Notes under the pieces: generated by a model | The model's input: the letters and a program-made list of their open reading frames with translations, nothing else | What the model was told of the DNA's origin: nothing | Database searches by the model: none | Position numbers and translations under genes: made by a program | NCBI RefSeq assembly: GCF_009914755.1 | Contig: NC_060932.1 | Reading direction: 5' to 3' (one strand) | From: the human T2T-CHM13v2.0 reference genome, Homo sapiens | DNA: 64,000 bases | In this document: positions 14,990 to 33,040 of the stretch, piece after piece | Position numbering within the stretch: the stretch's first letter is position 1 | Layout: each line of letters begins with the position of its first letter

Positions 14990-15690
14990 TTTTATTATGA
15001 AAAATTTTAAACCTATGCAAGAGTAGAGAGAATCTATAACTTCATGTACCCATCACCCAGTGTCAGTATTATTGACACAGGCCCAAACTTGTTCCACCTT
15101 TTCATCCCACATCCTGGAATATTTTGAAACAGTTCTCAGGAATTAAACCTAAAATAGATGGGCTTTTCTTTTTTTTTTTTTTTTTGGCATAACCACTGAA
15201 CAGTGAACAGTACGCAGTGAGTGTTGACATTTCTGCAGTCGCTTCGTAAATGTTCTGTATAGTTGATTTATTCAAAATAGGATCCAGACAAGGTTTACAC
15301 ATTGCATATGATATGTCTTTTAAATCTCTTTTCATCTGTAATTCCCCTCATCATGTCCTGAAAATTTATTTGTCAAAGAAACCACATTGCTTATTCTATA
15401 GGGTTTTTCACATCTGGATTTTGCAGCTGCATTTGCAGTATCATCATTTAACATGTTCTTTTTGTCCCCCTATATCTTCTATAAAGTAGAACTCAGGTGT
15501 AGGGGCTGGATGAGATTCTAGATTCCAGATCAGTTTTTATAGTGGGACTGCTTCATAGCTGGTGCTGCGTATCACACTAGGAGGCACACAGTGTCTGGTG
15601 GTCTCGCTTTTTATAATGTTAAGATTGGTCATGGCTTTGTGAGGTCAACATCAGTTTTAAGATGCACCATCAATTATAGGTATGACTTTT
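14990..15690 (-). mobile_element. Old L1M 3' remnant
   Basis: catgtacccatcacccag...acattgcat...tgtcttttaaatctct resembles L1MC/ME 3' UTR; a similar remnant lies at 44780-45410. Confidence 0.5.
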
Positions 15691-15714
15691 TGGAGGAGAA
15701 AAAAAGAAACCTGG

Positions 15715-16077
<363 letters not shown>

Positions 16078-18813
16078 TCACCCTAATTCTCAAAACAATA
16101 CAGTGTGAAAAAGACGTGTCATAGATTCAAGGAAGCACGATAGTTAAAAATGGTACAGTCTGTGTAGAGGTCCTGATTGGGGGTGTGGGGAGCTGGGACC
16201 AGTCTGAGCTGGGACCAGATCATGAGGCAGAGGGCCCTGCCTGAGGCTAGGAGGCTGCCAGGGCTGAGCCAGCTGGGATGAGGAGTTTAGGTGTTATTCT
16301 AAGTGTATGAAAAGGCCATGGAAGGTTTATAAGCAGAGGAGCTACATGACCTGTGTTGATGTTTTAGGAGGTCAATCAATAAATACCTCCATTTCTAGTT
16401 GAGTTTGGAAACAGAAACAAGAGTTCAAAATCTCAGCTGATTTCTTCCTGTGAAAGCTCAGTGGAGCAGATTGCTTTAGACCTGGGCTGAATTAAGCAAG
16501 CCTGTCTTCCCCTAGCCCATTAGACAACCACAAGCTGCTTCTGCAAAGCAGGGCCTGACCCACAAAAATTGCTGCATGGCTGGGGGAGCTGATGAGAACC
16601 TGTGCTGTCTGTAAGCAAATAATTTCCAAAGAGGACCCAAAAGAGGTTGGATCTCTTTCTTCTTCCAAAGTCAGCAACTGCCCCAGAGAGGAGTGAAGAG
16701 ATAGTTGGGCTGGAGACCTGGCGTGTGTAGTAGTGGAGATCCTTCTACATTGGGACGGGCATGCTACCCAACCCCTTTCTTCCCACCTCCTGCCCCAGAC
16801 ACCCTTACACACATGCATGCACGTTCCGTGATCTGATTATGATTTTCAAGATCTCTCTGTAGTCGTAAGCTAGATGTGAATACCTAGGTGCTTATTATAG
16901 CATCATCTATACTTTGTTATATGCCTGACACATTCCACAGTTTTCAAAAGCTATTATTATGGAAGTCTAAGCAAGAAATAATAGTGGCAGCGAGATGCAT
17001 AAAAGAACAACCTGGGGAGGTAAAGTGAATAGGACTTGGTATTTGGTTAGGTGTCCAGCAAGCAAGGCAGAGGGTAAGGCCGCCAAGATCAGCCTAGGAC
17101 CAGTTGGGAAGTCAGCAGAATCTGTCTTTACCCATCTTTTGCTCACAGGCATGCACCTGTCCACTTGACCCCCTTTCCAGGCTTCAGCTCTACACTGTCT
17201 TCAGTTAAAGCCTGTTCCTCCTGGTTCCCAGGGTTCTGCCTGCATGCAGCTCTCTGGCTGCTTTAAACTGCAATGCCCTGTGGCCCTTCCAGGACAAGGA
17301 CCTCAGGTCTTATGAGGGGATAATTGGCAAATCTGTTCATTACTAACTATACTGCAAATAGACGGATTGGTCTTTATGATTTTTAAAATGCCTTTCCGCA
17401 TGTCAAAGCATAGAGCTACTTAATAGAGTGTAAAGTCCTCCAGAGTTATCTGCAAGCTGTGATTACTTTAAGAGCAGCCTTCTAAAAACAGATCTTACCC
17501 CTTCCTTATCTAACCCTACACAGTGTATTCCAGAGTAAAGAAGAGGGTGGGGTGGTTGAGACATTTGAGGTTGACTGGACGTGGCCCTGCTCCTTAACCT
17601 AATATACAACCTGCTTCAGCTAAGGGCATTTCCCTCTGTCAGCCTGTGATTCTCTGTGACAAGAACGTGCTGTTCCAGAGTCCGGGAAGAAACTTTTCAT
17701 CTTATTGCAGGGCAGTTTGTTTCTTTTAAAGCCTTATCTTGACTTACCCTATTGAATTTTATCCTCTTTTCTCCAGATTTCCCATTTACACAGCATAATC
17801 TCACATCATACTGCTTCTCAAAAAATAGAATTCTTAAAAATGTTTGTTCAGCTTTGCAAGTTGAAATGCATTTTATCTGAGAAGGAAATCTGATGTGTGG
17901 TGGGTTTCAGAAGAGACAGGGAAGCTCTTTTGCTCTCAGAAAGTATCATTTCTGGAATTTAAAACTATTATAGTTTATAGGAATTTTTTTCAGCTGGCTG
18001 ATAATAGGGGGTGAATATTTGCCAACTCTTACTACTGCCTGTCAAATTAATTTTGGGAAGAAAGGATGTGAAATGTAGAGATTCCCAGTAAATGTTATAT
18101 TATCATATTGTCATGCAGTCATATGATAAGATATTAAATTACTTAGAAATACGTATAATCAAAAACAAAGATATTAGAAATGGAACCAACATTCTGAAAA
18201 GCTTTGTAATTTTTAATATTTAAATTATGTAGTATCCGATATATTTTTGGGGAGGGGAGTTCTCTTTTAATTACTGAAGTTGGGTGCTTTTCTTCTTTTT
18301 TCTAGCATAACTATTTAAGGCTTTACATTTTCCTCTAAAGTTCAATTTTTACGTGGTGTATTTTCGTTATCATTATGACACGTTAAAAAAAATTCCTATT
18401 ATGATTTCTTCTTTAATCCATGATACTTAGAAATGTGTGTTTAAATTTCCAAATCTATTGGGAATCTTTTATTTGTGCTTTAGTTACTGGCTTTAATATT
18501 GTTGCCCTGTGGTCTGATGACATGATCTATGTGATACCACTTCTTTAGGATATGTTGAGCCTTTGTAAAATTATTTTGCTTCTCATTTTAATGCAGCTTT
18601 TGCAATTCAGAGCAAAGCAGTTTTGATTTATAAACTCAAATACTTGTCTATTTTCCCTCAAGGCCCTTAAGTTATTAAAACTTTCTCATTTGTTACTGAG
18701 CAGGACTTATTTGTTGTCAAGTTCATATCTATTCTTTTTATTTACCGGCAGAATCCTGGAAGCAAGTTGATTTCTAGAGTTTCACTAATTATTCTCTTTT
18801 TTATTTTAAATAG

Positions 18814-19017
<204 letters not shown>

Positions 19018-19629
19018 TAGTTTATATATAGGAAAAAGTATGTCAGTTAACAGTCAGTTAATCCGTTCTCCAGCCCCTGTGGTACAAAACAGTATTTAAA
19101 CCATCCCATAAGAATATTTAATACTTCTGTTTAAAAAACAAGCAAATATTAAAAATACCTCCTTGTTAACTTAATAAAGTGCACCTCTGTCCTGCAAGTC
19201 TTAAAGAGAAACAAATGAAATAAAGCTAAAGAATGAAGTTAAAATTCCAAGTAAGACAAATAAATGGGAATGAGGAGACCTGCTTAGAATTCAATAGATC
19301 AGTTGACCTACTAACTAGCTTCCAGTTTGAGATAATAGAATTGTGTGTTCAAGTACTATAAGAGCATCCAGGGTATTTGGTAGCTGCAAAATGGATTCCA
19401 AATGTTAGCTCTAATATGTCAGTAATCAAAAGTTTGTTGCATTTACTTAATAAAAGAGTTATAGTCTTGAAAAACCATTAGCAAAATGAAATTTTGGGAA
19501 CTAACTCATTATTGTTCTATTATTATGAATCATTCCCAGTGAACAGAATTCGTCCACATGCGCAGTATACTTCTCCATGCTCATCATTGTCCTGACCCTA
19601 ACTTAGAGACGTGTGCCAACTAGATGTGG

Positions 19630-20360
<731 letters not shown>

Positions 20361-20779
20361 CATAATAGTGCCCAACACTTTACATATGCCTTCTAAGTCC
20401 TCACAACAAACCGGGAAAGGCGGTGCATATAGGTTCTCACTGTACAGGTGGGGGATCTGGAGTGCACAGCCTTGCTTCCTTAGGTGAGTTAGGATTGGAT
20501 TCCAGATGTGAAGCCCACGTTCCTGCCCTTATACCACATTCCACCTCTGAATTCCAAGTGTCTTTGGAACCCAGCCGCTGCATAGGCTTGTGTCAGGCAC
20601 CTGGCCCTTGTCGGCCTCGCTTGCTTCCCCCTTGCACTGCAGACTGGGCATCTGCTGTACCTTCTTTCCCTGCTTCCCAGTGCCTGTGGTCACCAGGCCC
20701 TATAGAGTTCTGTAGAGTCTTCTAAGCACCCAGTCGTCCATTGACGTCTCTTCAGACCTCTGCTCCCACCTGTCTCTAA

Positions 20780-21194
<415 letters not shown>

Positions 21195-22504
21195 TCCATT
21201 ACTCTTAAAATAGAATCCAAACTTCCAACCCTGCCTACGAGGCTCCAGGTTCACCGGCCCCTGCCTGCAGCCTCAGCCTCATCATGCCTCATTTTTGCCC
21301 TCAGTGCTGCAGCCGCCTCTGCTGTCTTCCCCACCACAGAGTCCTACCTGCTGCTCCTCCCTCTCTTCTTGCCCTTCACCTGCTAACAAGCTGTCTCCAG
21401 AGCTCAGCTCTGGAAGGCTTTCCCTGCCCCTCCAGTAACTGTGCTCCACCTTCATACAGCTGGAAATAGAACACCTCGCCACTCTCCTTTGAAATGCTCC
21501 TCACGTGTTAGACACTCGATAAGTGTCTCTTCTGCTAATCCTTGTGCCTCAAGAGGGCAGGGCCCATGCCTATGTATTCCCAGACCCAAGGACTTTGCCT
21601 TATACATGGCAGATGCTCCACAAATCTGTAGTGAATGAAAGAATGCAGCCCCCTCCTCCTTGGGCTTGGGTCTATCGGGGGCCCATCTCACCCCCAGAAC
21701 CTGGTACCTTCCAGGAAAGTTCCTTAGGCTGGAGGATGTCCTCCACATCCCACTTTCTCTTGCATAGTTTTCTTTCAGCAAATATGTGTCATTGACTTCT
21801 GCTGAAGTTTCTCCCTTCCCTCTCTAAGGGCAAGAGTTAAGGCTCCATCTCGTGGCTTGGAACCTGGGAATACACTTCAAGGGTAGTACCAGGCCCCTGG
21901 GGTTAAGAATGCAGCCACAAGCCATCACATGCAGCAGCTACTCTGTAGCTTCTTGACAGCAGGTTCATTAAGAACAAAAAATTCCTCATATTTATAATTT
22001 GTTTATAGCTTACAAAATGCTTTCATGAATACTGTTTTATCTTTGCAGTATTTATTATATTACTTCAAAGGTTTGTAATTACAGGCTTGTCTCTTTCCAG
22101 AGAACTCCCAGGCATTGTCTTAGTAATTTCATCTTTTTACATTGGGCCTTCACACTCAGTGGGCATGCTGTTCTGAACACAGTGGATATGCCCTTTGTTT
22201 TGGACAAAACAAATTGATTTCTAGAGAACTTCTGTTCCACCCTTGATCTTACTGTTTCCCCTTCCTGGAATGCCCGCATCTTCATCTCCATCTCATGAAA
22301 TCAGTCATTCTTGTCCTTAACGTTCCCCCTCCAATATGTCTTTCTTGTAGAAGCCCTCTCCAGGAAAGTTCCAGAGGCCAAAAGAACCTTCAGCCTCAGT
22401 CAGAATGAATGTTTTTTTCCACCATACTCCATTTATGTCACCATTGTAACACTTTCCTCAGTCTACCATATTTTATGGTTCTGGTTATCTGGATAAACAT
22501 CTGA

Positions 22505-22851
<347 letters not shown>

Positions 22852-23320
22852 TTAATAAAAGATTGTCATTATTGTGAATCAGTTGGTGTGAGATTTCCTA
22901 TTAAGCTGTCATGCTTCCTACATCGTGTCATCAAGAGCTAACTGTTCTTTTACAACTTACTCACTGTTTTACCTAAATATCTAGGGGATATTTTTGAAAT
23001 GCACAACTTGAATTCTCAAGCTGCTAATTTTGAGAATTATGACAATGCTTTGTTGTCAGGGTTGGAAACTTTTCTCCTTTTCCCCTCCCAGATCCTTGTC
23101 ATGTTGTCATTAGCCAAGGTAATTAATTGGTAGTATTTTTCAAGAGAGACCATTCTTTCTTTAAAAGCCCTGTGTCAAAAAGAGAAGAGCTGTTTGGATA
23201 TGTGCTGTTTGTTTGCAAACCATCTGCAATATAAAAAACAAGAAACAGATTGCAGAACCTGTTACTGTTGGTTATTTTCTGTACATTAGGAAAAAATGAA
23301 ATGTCAACAACTTCTTCTAA

Positions 23321-23563
<243 letters not shown>

Positions 23564-24843
23564 TGAGTTGCCTTCTTTTTGGATATTAGTCACAGTTTTT
23601 CATGATATATATTTAATTGTTTTGGTAGGAATCCATTTTAGTATGATCTTTGATGATAAGGAATAAATTCCATGTTAATAACTGAAACTCATAAATGATT
23701 ATAAACCTGATTTCAAGCATTTGTCCAGAAAATGCTCAATCATTTATGATTTTCTCTCTCTCACCCTATGTATTCAGGGGGTCCTAACACCATCCTCCTA
23801 ATTCAAAAGATTTCTGAAATCCACCCCCACTCTTTTTTATCCCGACTGCCTCAGCCTTCATTCAGACTCCCATCCCTGGATCAATTCATCTCTGTTTCCA
23901 GGTTAAGTCCTCCAGTCCTTCCCACACCATTGCTTGAGTGATCTTTTTAAGAACATCAGATTCATCATGTCATTGCCCTGTGATGGCTTCTCATGGTCTT
24001 TGGTCATGGTCAATACATCCATTACCCCAGTAGGGAGATCCTTTCTCTACACCCTCCCAGGCAACCGAGAGTCTGTTTGTGCACACGCTCCCCTCTCTTC
24101 ACCTGAGATTTGGCCTGTGTACCCATAGGCCAGCCTGATCATCCTTTTCTTTGCTGACTTAGCTCACTTGCCACCCAGGAAGTTCTCTGAATAGTTTTAA
24201 GTTGCATACCCCACTATGCTTCCAGTAGAGGACAGTCATACCGCCGGCATTGCTTTATCCTGCTTTGTTAAACTTGCTTCTCATTTTGCAGCACGAATCA
24301 TGCCATTGATAAGGAAGAATAATGGTACTGATAATGAAAGTTGTGGTTGCTTCAATTGTGTTTAAAACTTTGTTTACTCTATATAACAAAATAGCATTTT
24401 CCCACATCATTAAATATTCTTCTAAAACATGATTTTAAAGGGCTTCTTTGTACTTCAACATATGGATAAACCATGTAGTATTTAACCAGTTCCATTTTAT
24501 GGTCCTTTAGTTGTTTCAAAGTTTTTGCTTTCATAAAGAAGACTGGAGTGATCATTCTTGGACATATATCTTAGTGTGCATCGCCTTTTTTTTGGTAAAT
24601 AAATTCTTAGAAATAGAGTGTACCAATTTGTAATCTCACCTATAATATATATGTATATCCATTTCACTATTTCCTTGAACTTCATTTTTAAACCTTTGTC
24701 AAATTTATCACACATAAAATTGTGTGATACTGGATTTCTATCAATTTCTATTGGATTTACCCTCTTTTATTTGTGCTTTCTACAGATTAAGCTAATTAAC
24801 ACTTTGCCATAAATGTGACTTTATTTTCCATTTTGTCACCCCC

Positions 24844-25111
24844 TTTTTTTTTGTTTGTTTTATTGAGATGGAGTCTTGCTCTGTCACCCAGGCTGCAGTG
24901 CAGTGGTACAATCTCGGCTCGCTGCAGCCTCCGCCTCTCAAGTAGCTGGGACTTCAGGCGCGTGCCACCACGCCTGGCTAGTTTTTGTTTTTAGTAGAGA
25001 TGGGGTTTCACCATGTTGGCCAGGCTGGTCTCGAACTCCTGACCTCAGGTGATCACCCGCCTCAGCATCTCAAAGTGTTGGGATTACAGGCGTGAGCCAC
25101 TGTGCCCAGCC
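24844..25111 (-). mobile_element. Alu with internal deletion
   Basis: Antisense dimer lacking about 30 bp of the right arm. Confidence 0.92.
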
Positions 25112-25187
25112 TGTCATCCCCTTTTAAACTAGTTTGTGGTGGATTTTTTATTTAAACATCAAAAATACTGTTAATCTTTTTGTTTAG

Positions 25188-25531
<344 letters not shown>

Positions 25532-25691
25532 TTTCTTCTAGTTCTTTAGTGGTTTTACTTGTTTTAAGTATTTAATCTGTCTCAAATTTATTTTGGTATA
25601 TGATGTGAGGAGGAGATTTCACAATGTTTTTGCCATTGGTTAACCAGTTTTCCCCATCCCTTTTATTACTAAACCTTTCTTTGGTCACTGA

Positions 25692-26048
<357 letters not shown>

Positions 26049-26251
26049 ACTTTTTAATATATTTAAGGCAGCATTTAACCTAATAAAAATAGTAGCCATG
26101 CTTCAAGTATTGCTCCAAGCAAGCTTCACAAGCAATATCTCATTTGAGCCTTGAATCAGTCCTGAGGGTAGACACTGTTATTCTCTTCAGTTTAGGAATG
26201 ATGTGATACTGAGGCTTAGGTTTAGTAATTTGCCTAAGGACACACAGCTAG

Positions 26252-26668
<417 letters not shown>

Positions 26669-27616
26669 TGACTTCAGAATCATTTTGTCAAGTTCCCACG
26701 ACATAAACCCAACTAATAAACAACAACAAAAAATCCTATTGGTGGTTTTTTTAAAGTAATATTAAATGTATAAATGAATACAGATTAAGTTGAATTAACC
26801 TCTTTGCTGTATTAAATATTCTGATTCTTGATCACGCTGCATCTCTCTTTATTCCCATTTTCTTCTCAGTCTTTCTATGCACTTTGCTATTTTTACAGTA
26901 CAAGTCTTTTGTAGTTCTTGTTTATTTTTGGATAGTCTCTATTTTTTGCTGCCAGTGTGCCGCAGATCTTCTTGCTGTGATGTTTTCTCAATACGAGTTT
27001 GTTGGTGGATAGGTGGGTGGATGAAGGAACAGCCCTGGTTTCCTATCACTCTCCCTGCTCCCACCCACTAGAACGGAAGGCCTGACTGGTTGGTGCTTGT
27101 GCCTCCAACCACTTAGCACAATGTTGGAGACGTAAAAGTTCATGATATAAATATTTGTGGAATTAAAGACTCTTTACCAGTTATTAAATAGTATTTATTA
27201 TACCTTGGGTTTTGGCTCTCCTGGACTAGTACAGGGAGGGCTGGAATCTGCACCCACTCCTCATGCTGAGTGTGCCAGCCACTTGCTGTCTCTGGGCCTT
27301 AATGTCTGCATTTGTAAACTGTAGGACTGTTTAGTTCTTTCATGGGTGTGTGAAACTTTTAATTGAGTGATTTCGAGGATGCAAATGAAGAAAGGTTAAA
27401 TATCACTGTTCATCAACCCAAAATGTTTACTGCTCTGGGGAAGAAATAGGGTAAAGAAGTGTTGTGGGTGATGCAAGAATATGGAGTGTGTGCAGTTTTA
27501 CATGGGAGACAAGCAGTGGGAGAACAGTCTCCTTGCTGCCCTGTGCCTGTCATCAATGAGATTCCTCATTGAGTGTGCTTCTGTCACCTGCTTTACCTGT
27601 ATAGAGAGACCTTTGA

Positions 27617-27940
<324 letters not shown>

Positions 27941-29396
27941 TAAAATAAAAACTTTTTAGGAATTTAGAGTTAACATTAGTTTACATTGCTTTTCAGCTCC
28001 ATACTTTACAAGATATAATATTCTGCAGCTGGCATGTAGAATAATTAAGCAAAGTGATGTTGTTATGCCTAAGGTCTTGCCTCATTTTGAAGACAGTTTT
28101 AAAATATGGATCTTTGAATTACAAATTAGAAACAGATTAGATTCCGTGAAATAATTTGTGTCTAGCATCCATCATCCAATGAGTTAGGCATTGGATTGCT
28201 TTTTAGAATGATCATTTTCAAGACCAAAGGAACAAATGAGAAGGCTTTTCTTACATTCCTAATTCAGTGTTTATTGGTTAAAATTGTTCCTCAGCTGTTA
28301 CCACTTTGGTTAATCTGTAGGGTGCTAAATGAGTGCTGGGGAATTGGAGCCTTTTGCTGAGTCCTCCAGAGTGTTGTCCTCCGTGGAGAGAAGCTGTATT
28401 TCCAAGTGGCCCACTTCACGACGGAAGTGATTCTGACAGCCCAGGGTCTTGGCAAAAGATTATCAAGCATCTGTGTTTCTGAGAGACAGCAATTTTTTCT
28501 GATGCTCCTGGCCCCAGGTTGTTTCACAACTTTTGGAAAGTAGCCAAGGGAAACCAGCTTTTGCCTGAAGAGGATCTTTCAGAGTCATCAGAAATTATGT
28601 TTTGGACACATAAACACAAAATACTCCCAACATAAGGAAAAAATTAGCAGATGTCACTTTTAGGACAGATGATCTTCCTTGTTCACACAGAGACAATGCC
28701 CATCGCAATAAATGAAGTTTATGCATACAGAAGTGTACGTGAATAGTTAAGTAAGTAATCACTGTGGTTTGGAGAGGTCAGTATCTTTAAAAACAGGACT
28801 GTAGATGGATTGGGATTAAGCTTTGCCTTATCAGGCCCAATGTCACGGAAAGCAGAAGCTTTCTTTTATTACAAGGAGGAATGATTGGATGTGTCAAGGA
28901 GAGTAGTATAGTGCCGTTAGGATGGAACCACCTGGTGGTATGCGATGGAGCACACTGTTCCCATGAGTGTGAGCACTGCGCTGGGATCAGCTTTCCATAT
29001 GTGATATTAATTAGACTATTTTTTATTTTGTGTCCTTGAAGTCAGTGCTATGGGAAAACAACATGCATTTTGTGGAATTGTAATGAACCTGCCAGTCTAT
29101 GTACTGTGTTCTCCTAGCACAGTGACCGTTCCATAATCTCCACCCCTTGTTTGCTACCTGGAGCTGGGCTCTAGGCAGAGAGCAGCCACGTCCCAGCCAC
29201 AAGATATTTTGTGCTACTCATCATGATGAACTGCATGAGGATGCTAACCTCAGGGAAAAGTACTACTGCTCCCAGCTGAAACTTGGACCAACCCTTCATA
29301 CCTACTTTTAAGGACTGCCTTTGGTAGAGGATCTGCTCTGTCCCAGGCGTGTGCTGCACGAGTCCATCGTCATCTCTCAGATGTGTCTCCAGCTTC

Positions 29397-29697
29397 TTTT
29401 TTTGCTTTTTTTTTGAGATGGAGTTTTACTCTTGTCACCCAAGTTGGAGTGCAATGGCGTGATCTCGGCCCACTGCAACCTGCAACCTCTGCCTTCCAGG
29501 TTCAAGCAATTCTCCTGTCTCAGCCTCCTGAGTAGCTGGGATTACAGGCGCCCACCACCATGCCTGTTTGTATTTTTAGTAGAGATGAGATTTCACCATG
29601 TTGGCCAGGCTGGTCTCAAACAACTTACCTCAGGCGATCTGCCCGCCTCGGGCTTCCAAAGTGCTGGGGTTACAGGCATGAGCCACCGTGCATGGCC
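29397..29697 (-). mobile_element. Alu (S-like)
   Basis: Antisense dimer. Confidence 0.93.
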
Positions 29698-30142
29698 TCA
29701 AGCCTCTTTTGATTGTTAAAGAGCTTACTTATCTACATTTGGAATTCTGTTAGACCTGGCCTGATTTCTGTAAGGCAGCATAGGTGTTCTGTGGCACAGG
29801 TTTGCTTTCATGACTTCTGTATGCTCAAAGCATTTCTCTCCCGACTATCCCAGTGGATCACATGTGTGAGCTGAGTAACAATCATACAAACCAGGAAACA
29901 TGACAAATAGCTGATAATCCTGTTCCCCTATGTGCCCATCCACCACCCCTGCCACCTCTCCCTGGGCCTCCAGTTGCTCCCTGCCCATAATGTACTGGCT
30001 GTTAACTAGTTTGAATAGCAATCCTTGGAAGACCACATCTATTCTCTGAAAATGCTTTGAACATACCAATTATTTCTAATTGTAGAATGTCTATTTAAGG
30101 AATAGAGGATTTTGAATTAGCATGAGGTACCAGGTTGACTAA

Positions 30143-30274
<132 letters not shown>

Positions 30275-31165
30275 TAATTCTGCACAAGCCTGACTGTCAT
30301 ATGAGAACATTAACTTGCTTTAGATTGTCCTGTTTAGCATAAGGAAAGTCATATAAACTAGCAGATTTTCCATGAAAATACCATCGTAAAGAATTGTACA
30401 TCCAGAATATGACGAAAATGTTTTGTTCTCAGATGTCAGTAACATTAACCAGACATTTAAAAAGAGAAGCACTTGATGAACACCACACCAATAGTACTAT
30501 CCATTATTATCAGATTCCTTTACAGTCTTGGACTGCCGATCTTTTTTTCTCCTATAACATCATATTAGAAAAAAATAACAGCATAGTGATGCTGAGTTTT
30601 TTAAAAATGAGATTACTGGAAAAATGCAAATGTTTTTATGGTAGAACTGAAGTCATAAATGACATTATTTTTTGAATGAGACTTTTAGCTTTTTCAGACC
30701 CAATTAATTTAATTTCCTTTTAAAAAGGCCCTTCCTGTAGTCCTCCAGGACAACTGAGATAAGCTTGGGTGTTCCCGCCATTATTCCCCTGGATTAATGT
30801 GGGGCCCTAGAGGTGAGGCTTATTCAGACACCATCCCTCAAGTAGACTGGGCCCAGTGCAGTTCAAAGCAAGCATTTTCATTTGTTTCATTTTTCCTATT
30901 TAGAAATGGCATTTGAGTTTTATAACTAATACGGAATACTGGCATTAATGAGTAGCAACACCAAAGATCTGCCAAAGGTACAAATATAATTTAAGCAGTT
31001 AAAAGAGTTAGCTTTTCAGAAGCTGTAAGATTGTTTATTTCATTATTTTTAATGTGCTTGCAAACCCCATAAGCAGCGGGCCTCACTTGCCAAGGACAGT
31101 AGATCTATACCTTGGTCAAACAGACCTTCCAGCCAGCACCTCTTCTTGTCATCATTCAATATTAC

Positions 31166-31199
<34 letters not shown>

Positions 31200-32279
31200 C
31201 CAGATCCTGGATTCAACAAATCAAGTAAGACATGTCCAAGTCCTGAGGAGTTAAGCCTAACATTCCCATCTGTTCTTTTTGTTATGACCAAAATGGAAAA
31301 GAAGAGTAAGCCAGCAGCCCTTTGAAACTTCGTAGATTAGTGGTCTATTGCAGTCATTATCTCATAAATCCTGTTTTTTCTTAATGGTTTAGAGTCCCCA
31401 TTTAAAATGTAATTTAATTTGAGACTTTACAATTTTTTTCAGGAAAGATTTACCGCAGCTCTTTCATAAAATTAAGAGCAATCAATAAAGTCAGTAAGAA
31501 TGGAAAGAATTTTCTTCTTAGAACAAAATAGCAAATCGTATATGATTTATCATGAAATTTCAGTACTAAACATTCCAAAATAAAAACTAGACACTAAAAA
31601 TCCAACGTTTTGAACTTTTGAGAGATCCTCAAAATTTTACAATGCCCTATGGATTTCTCCACAACTCTCTTTGTTTAAAAAATCAGACACTTCCTGTGCC
31701 CTTACACTGTTTGAGGCAGTTCCCATGTAAGGAGTTTCTTTGACAAGTTACTCGGAAAGATGGATGTGCTGCTAATGGATTTTAACACAGCCACCCCATT
31801 TAGCAAATGTTAGGTCCCGAGAGGAGAGAGAGTTTAGAGGCTTCAGTGTAAATCCTAACATCTCCAGCTTCTTCCTTTTTTATTAGACTTTCACACGAAT
31901 CTGCTTTGAGAAGATATTTGAGTGAACATGCTTTTAATCTGATACTATAAAGTACAATATAAGGAAATGGGTCCAGTTAGAGTGTAAAGTAGCTAAAATG
32001 ATCAAGACGTGTTAGGTCATGACAATATGAAGTTAGAGGAAAAGCTACATTCTTTATAATTAGAATTCTTCACTCTGGTCTTTGGGGTGAGACGACAGTA
32101 GTTTATGGATGAGCTTCAGGTATTCGTGAATCCTCTGAACTTTAATGCAAAGTGTTATGCCTTTCTTTCATCAAATCCTCAAAGAGTCAGTGACCCCAAA
32201 AAGATGATGAGTTCCTGGTTCAGGTGCTACTGCTGAAGGGGTAGATTGAGTTTCAGGGGTACTTACAAGACTCCAAGCC

Positions 32280-32575
32280 ATGCTGTCCCACACAGAGGCC
32301 ACTCACCACGTGTGGCTATTGAGCACTAGGGATGTGGTCACTCCACAATGAAATGTGCCGTGCATGGAAACTGCACACCAGACTTTGAAGAGTTGGGGCC
32401 AAAACAGAATATAAAATACCTCATTATAATGTTTTAATATATTTGTTTAAATATTAGTTTAACATATTAATAAAATGGATTTTGTATGTTCCTTTTTACT
32501 TTTTTAACATGTCTACTGGAGAATTTAAAATTGCATTTATGGCTTGCATTATATTTCTACCGGATGGTGCTGTTC
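32280..32575. mobile_element. MER33-like hAT-Charlie DNA transposon fossil
   Basis: gctgtcc...tgtggctattgagcact...cacaccagactttgaaga...tttaaaattgcat...ggcttgcattatatttcta resembles recalled MER33. Confidence 0.6.
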
Positions 32576-32908
32576 TGAGCCTTTCAACACCATGTCATTG
32601 CCTGTTTTTTTTCTGAACTTGTCAGTAACATTCCAAGTCATTGGCATTCAATGGCAGTGAGATATAGCTGGGGTCCCATTCCAGTTTCTGAAAGCCAAAA
32701 ATCTGTATATTTTTTGCCTGGTTACAATCAGCAACCTTTGTCCTGGAGAGAACCAGAGGAGACAACCAATGGACAGTACTGCTCACTCTCTGGAGTCACC
32801 TCCATGGAGCTAGACATGGAAACACCCACCTGGGGTTCCTTTGCAGCGCTGTGGAAGTCTTACCACTGAATCCAGACTGACTTTGTCAATAATCTGGCTC
32901 TTTTTAGT

Positions 32909-32910
<2 letters not shown>

Positions 32911-32943
<33 letters not shown>

Positions 32944-33040
32944 GCTAGTCAAGTGAAGCAGTGGGAGTGGAAAAGGAACAAAGAAATCTGTAAATGGTTG
33001 CGATCAGTTAGTTGTAAACACCCCGGCACTCAGACCAGAC
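32911..33040 (-). pseudogene. Y3 RNA (RNY3-derived) retropseudogene with poly(A) tail
   Basis: Minus strand reads GTCTGGTCTGAGTGCCGGGGTGTTTACAACTAACTGATCGCAACCATTTACAGATTTCTTTGTTCCTTTTCCACTCCCACTGCTTCACTTGACTAGCCT plus A31. About 8 mismatches to recalled hY3; 16-bp TSD with one mismatch. Confidence 0.93.

Noticed and set aside
32942-33040. Functional Y3 RNA gene
   Set aside because: It has a poly(A) tail and TSD, no T-run terminator, stem substitutions, and no evident upstream Pol III promoter.
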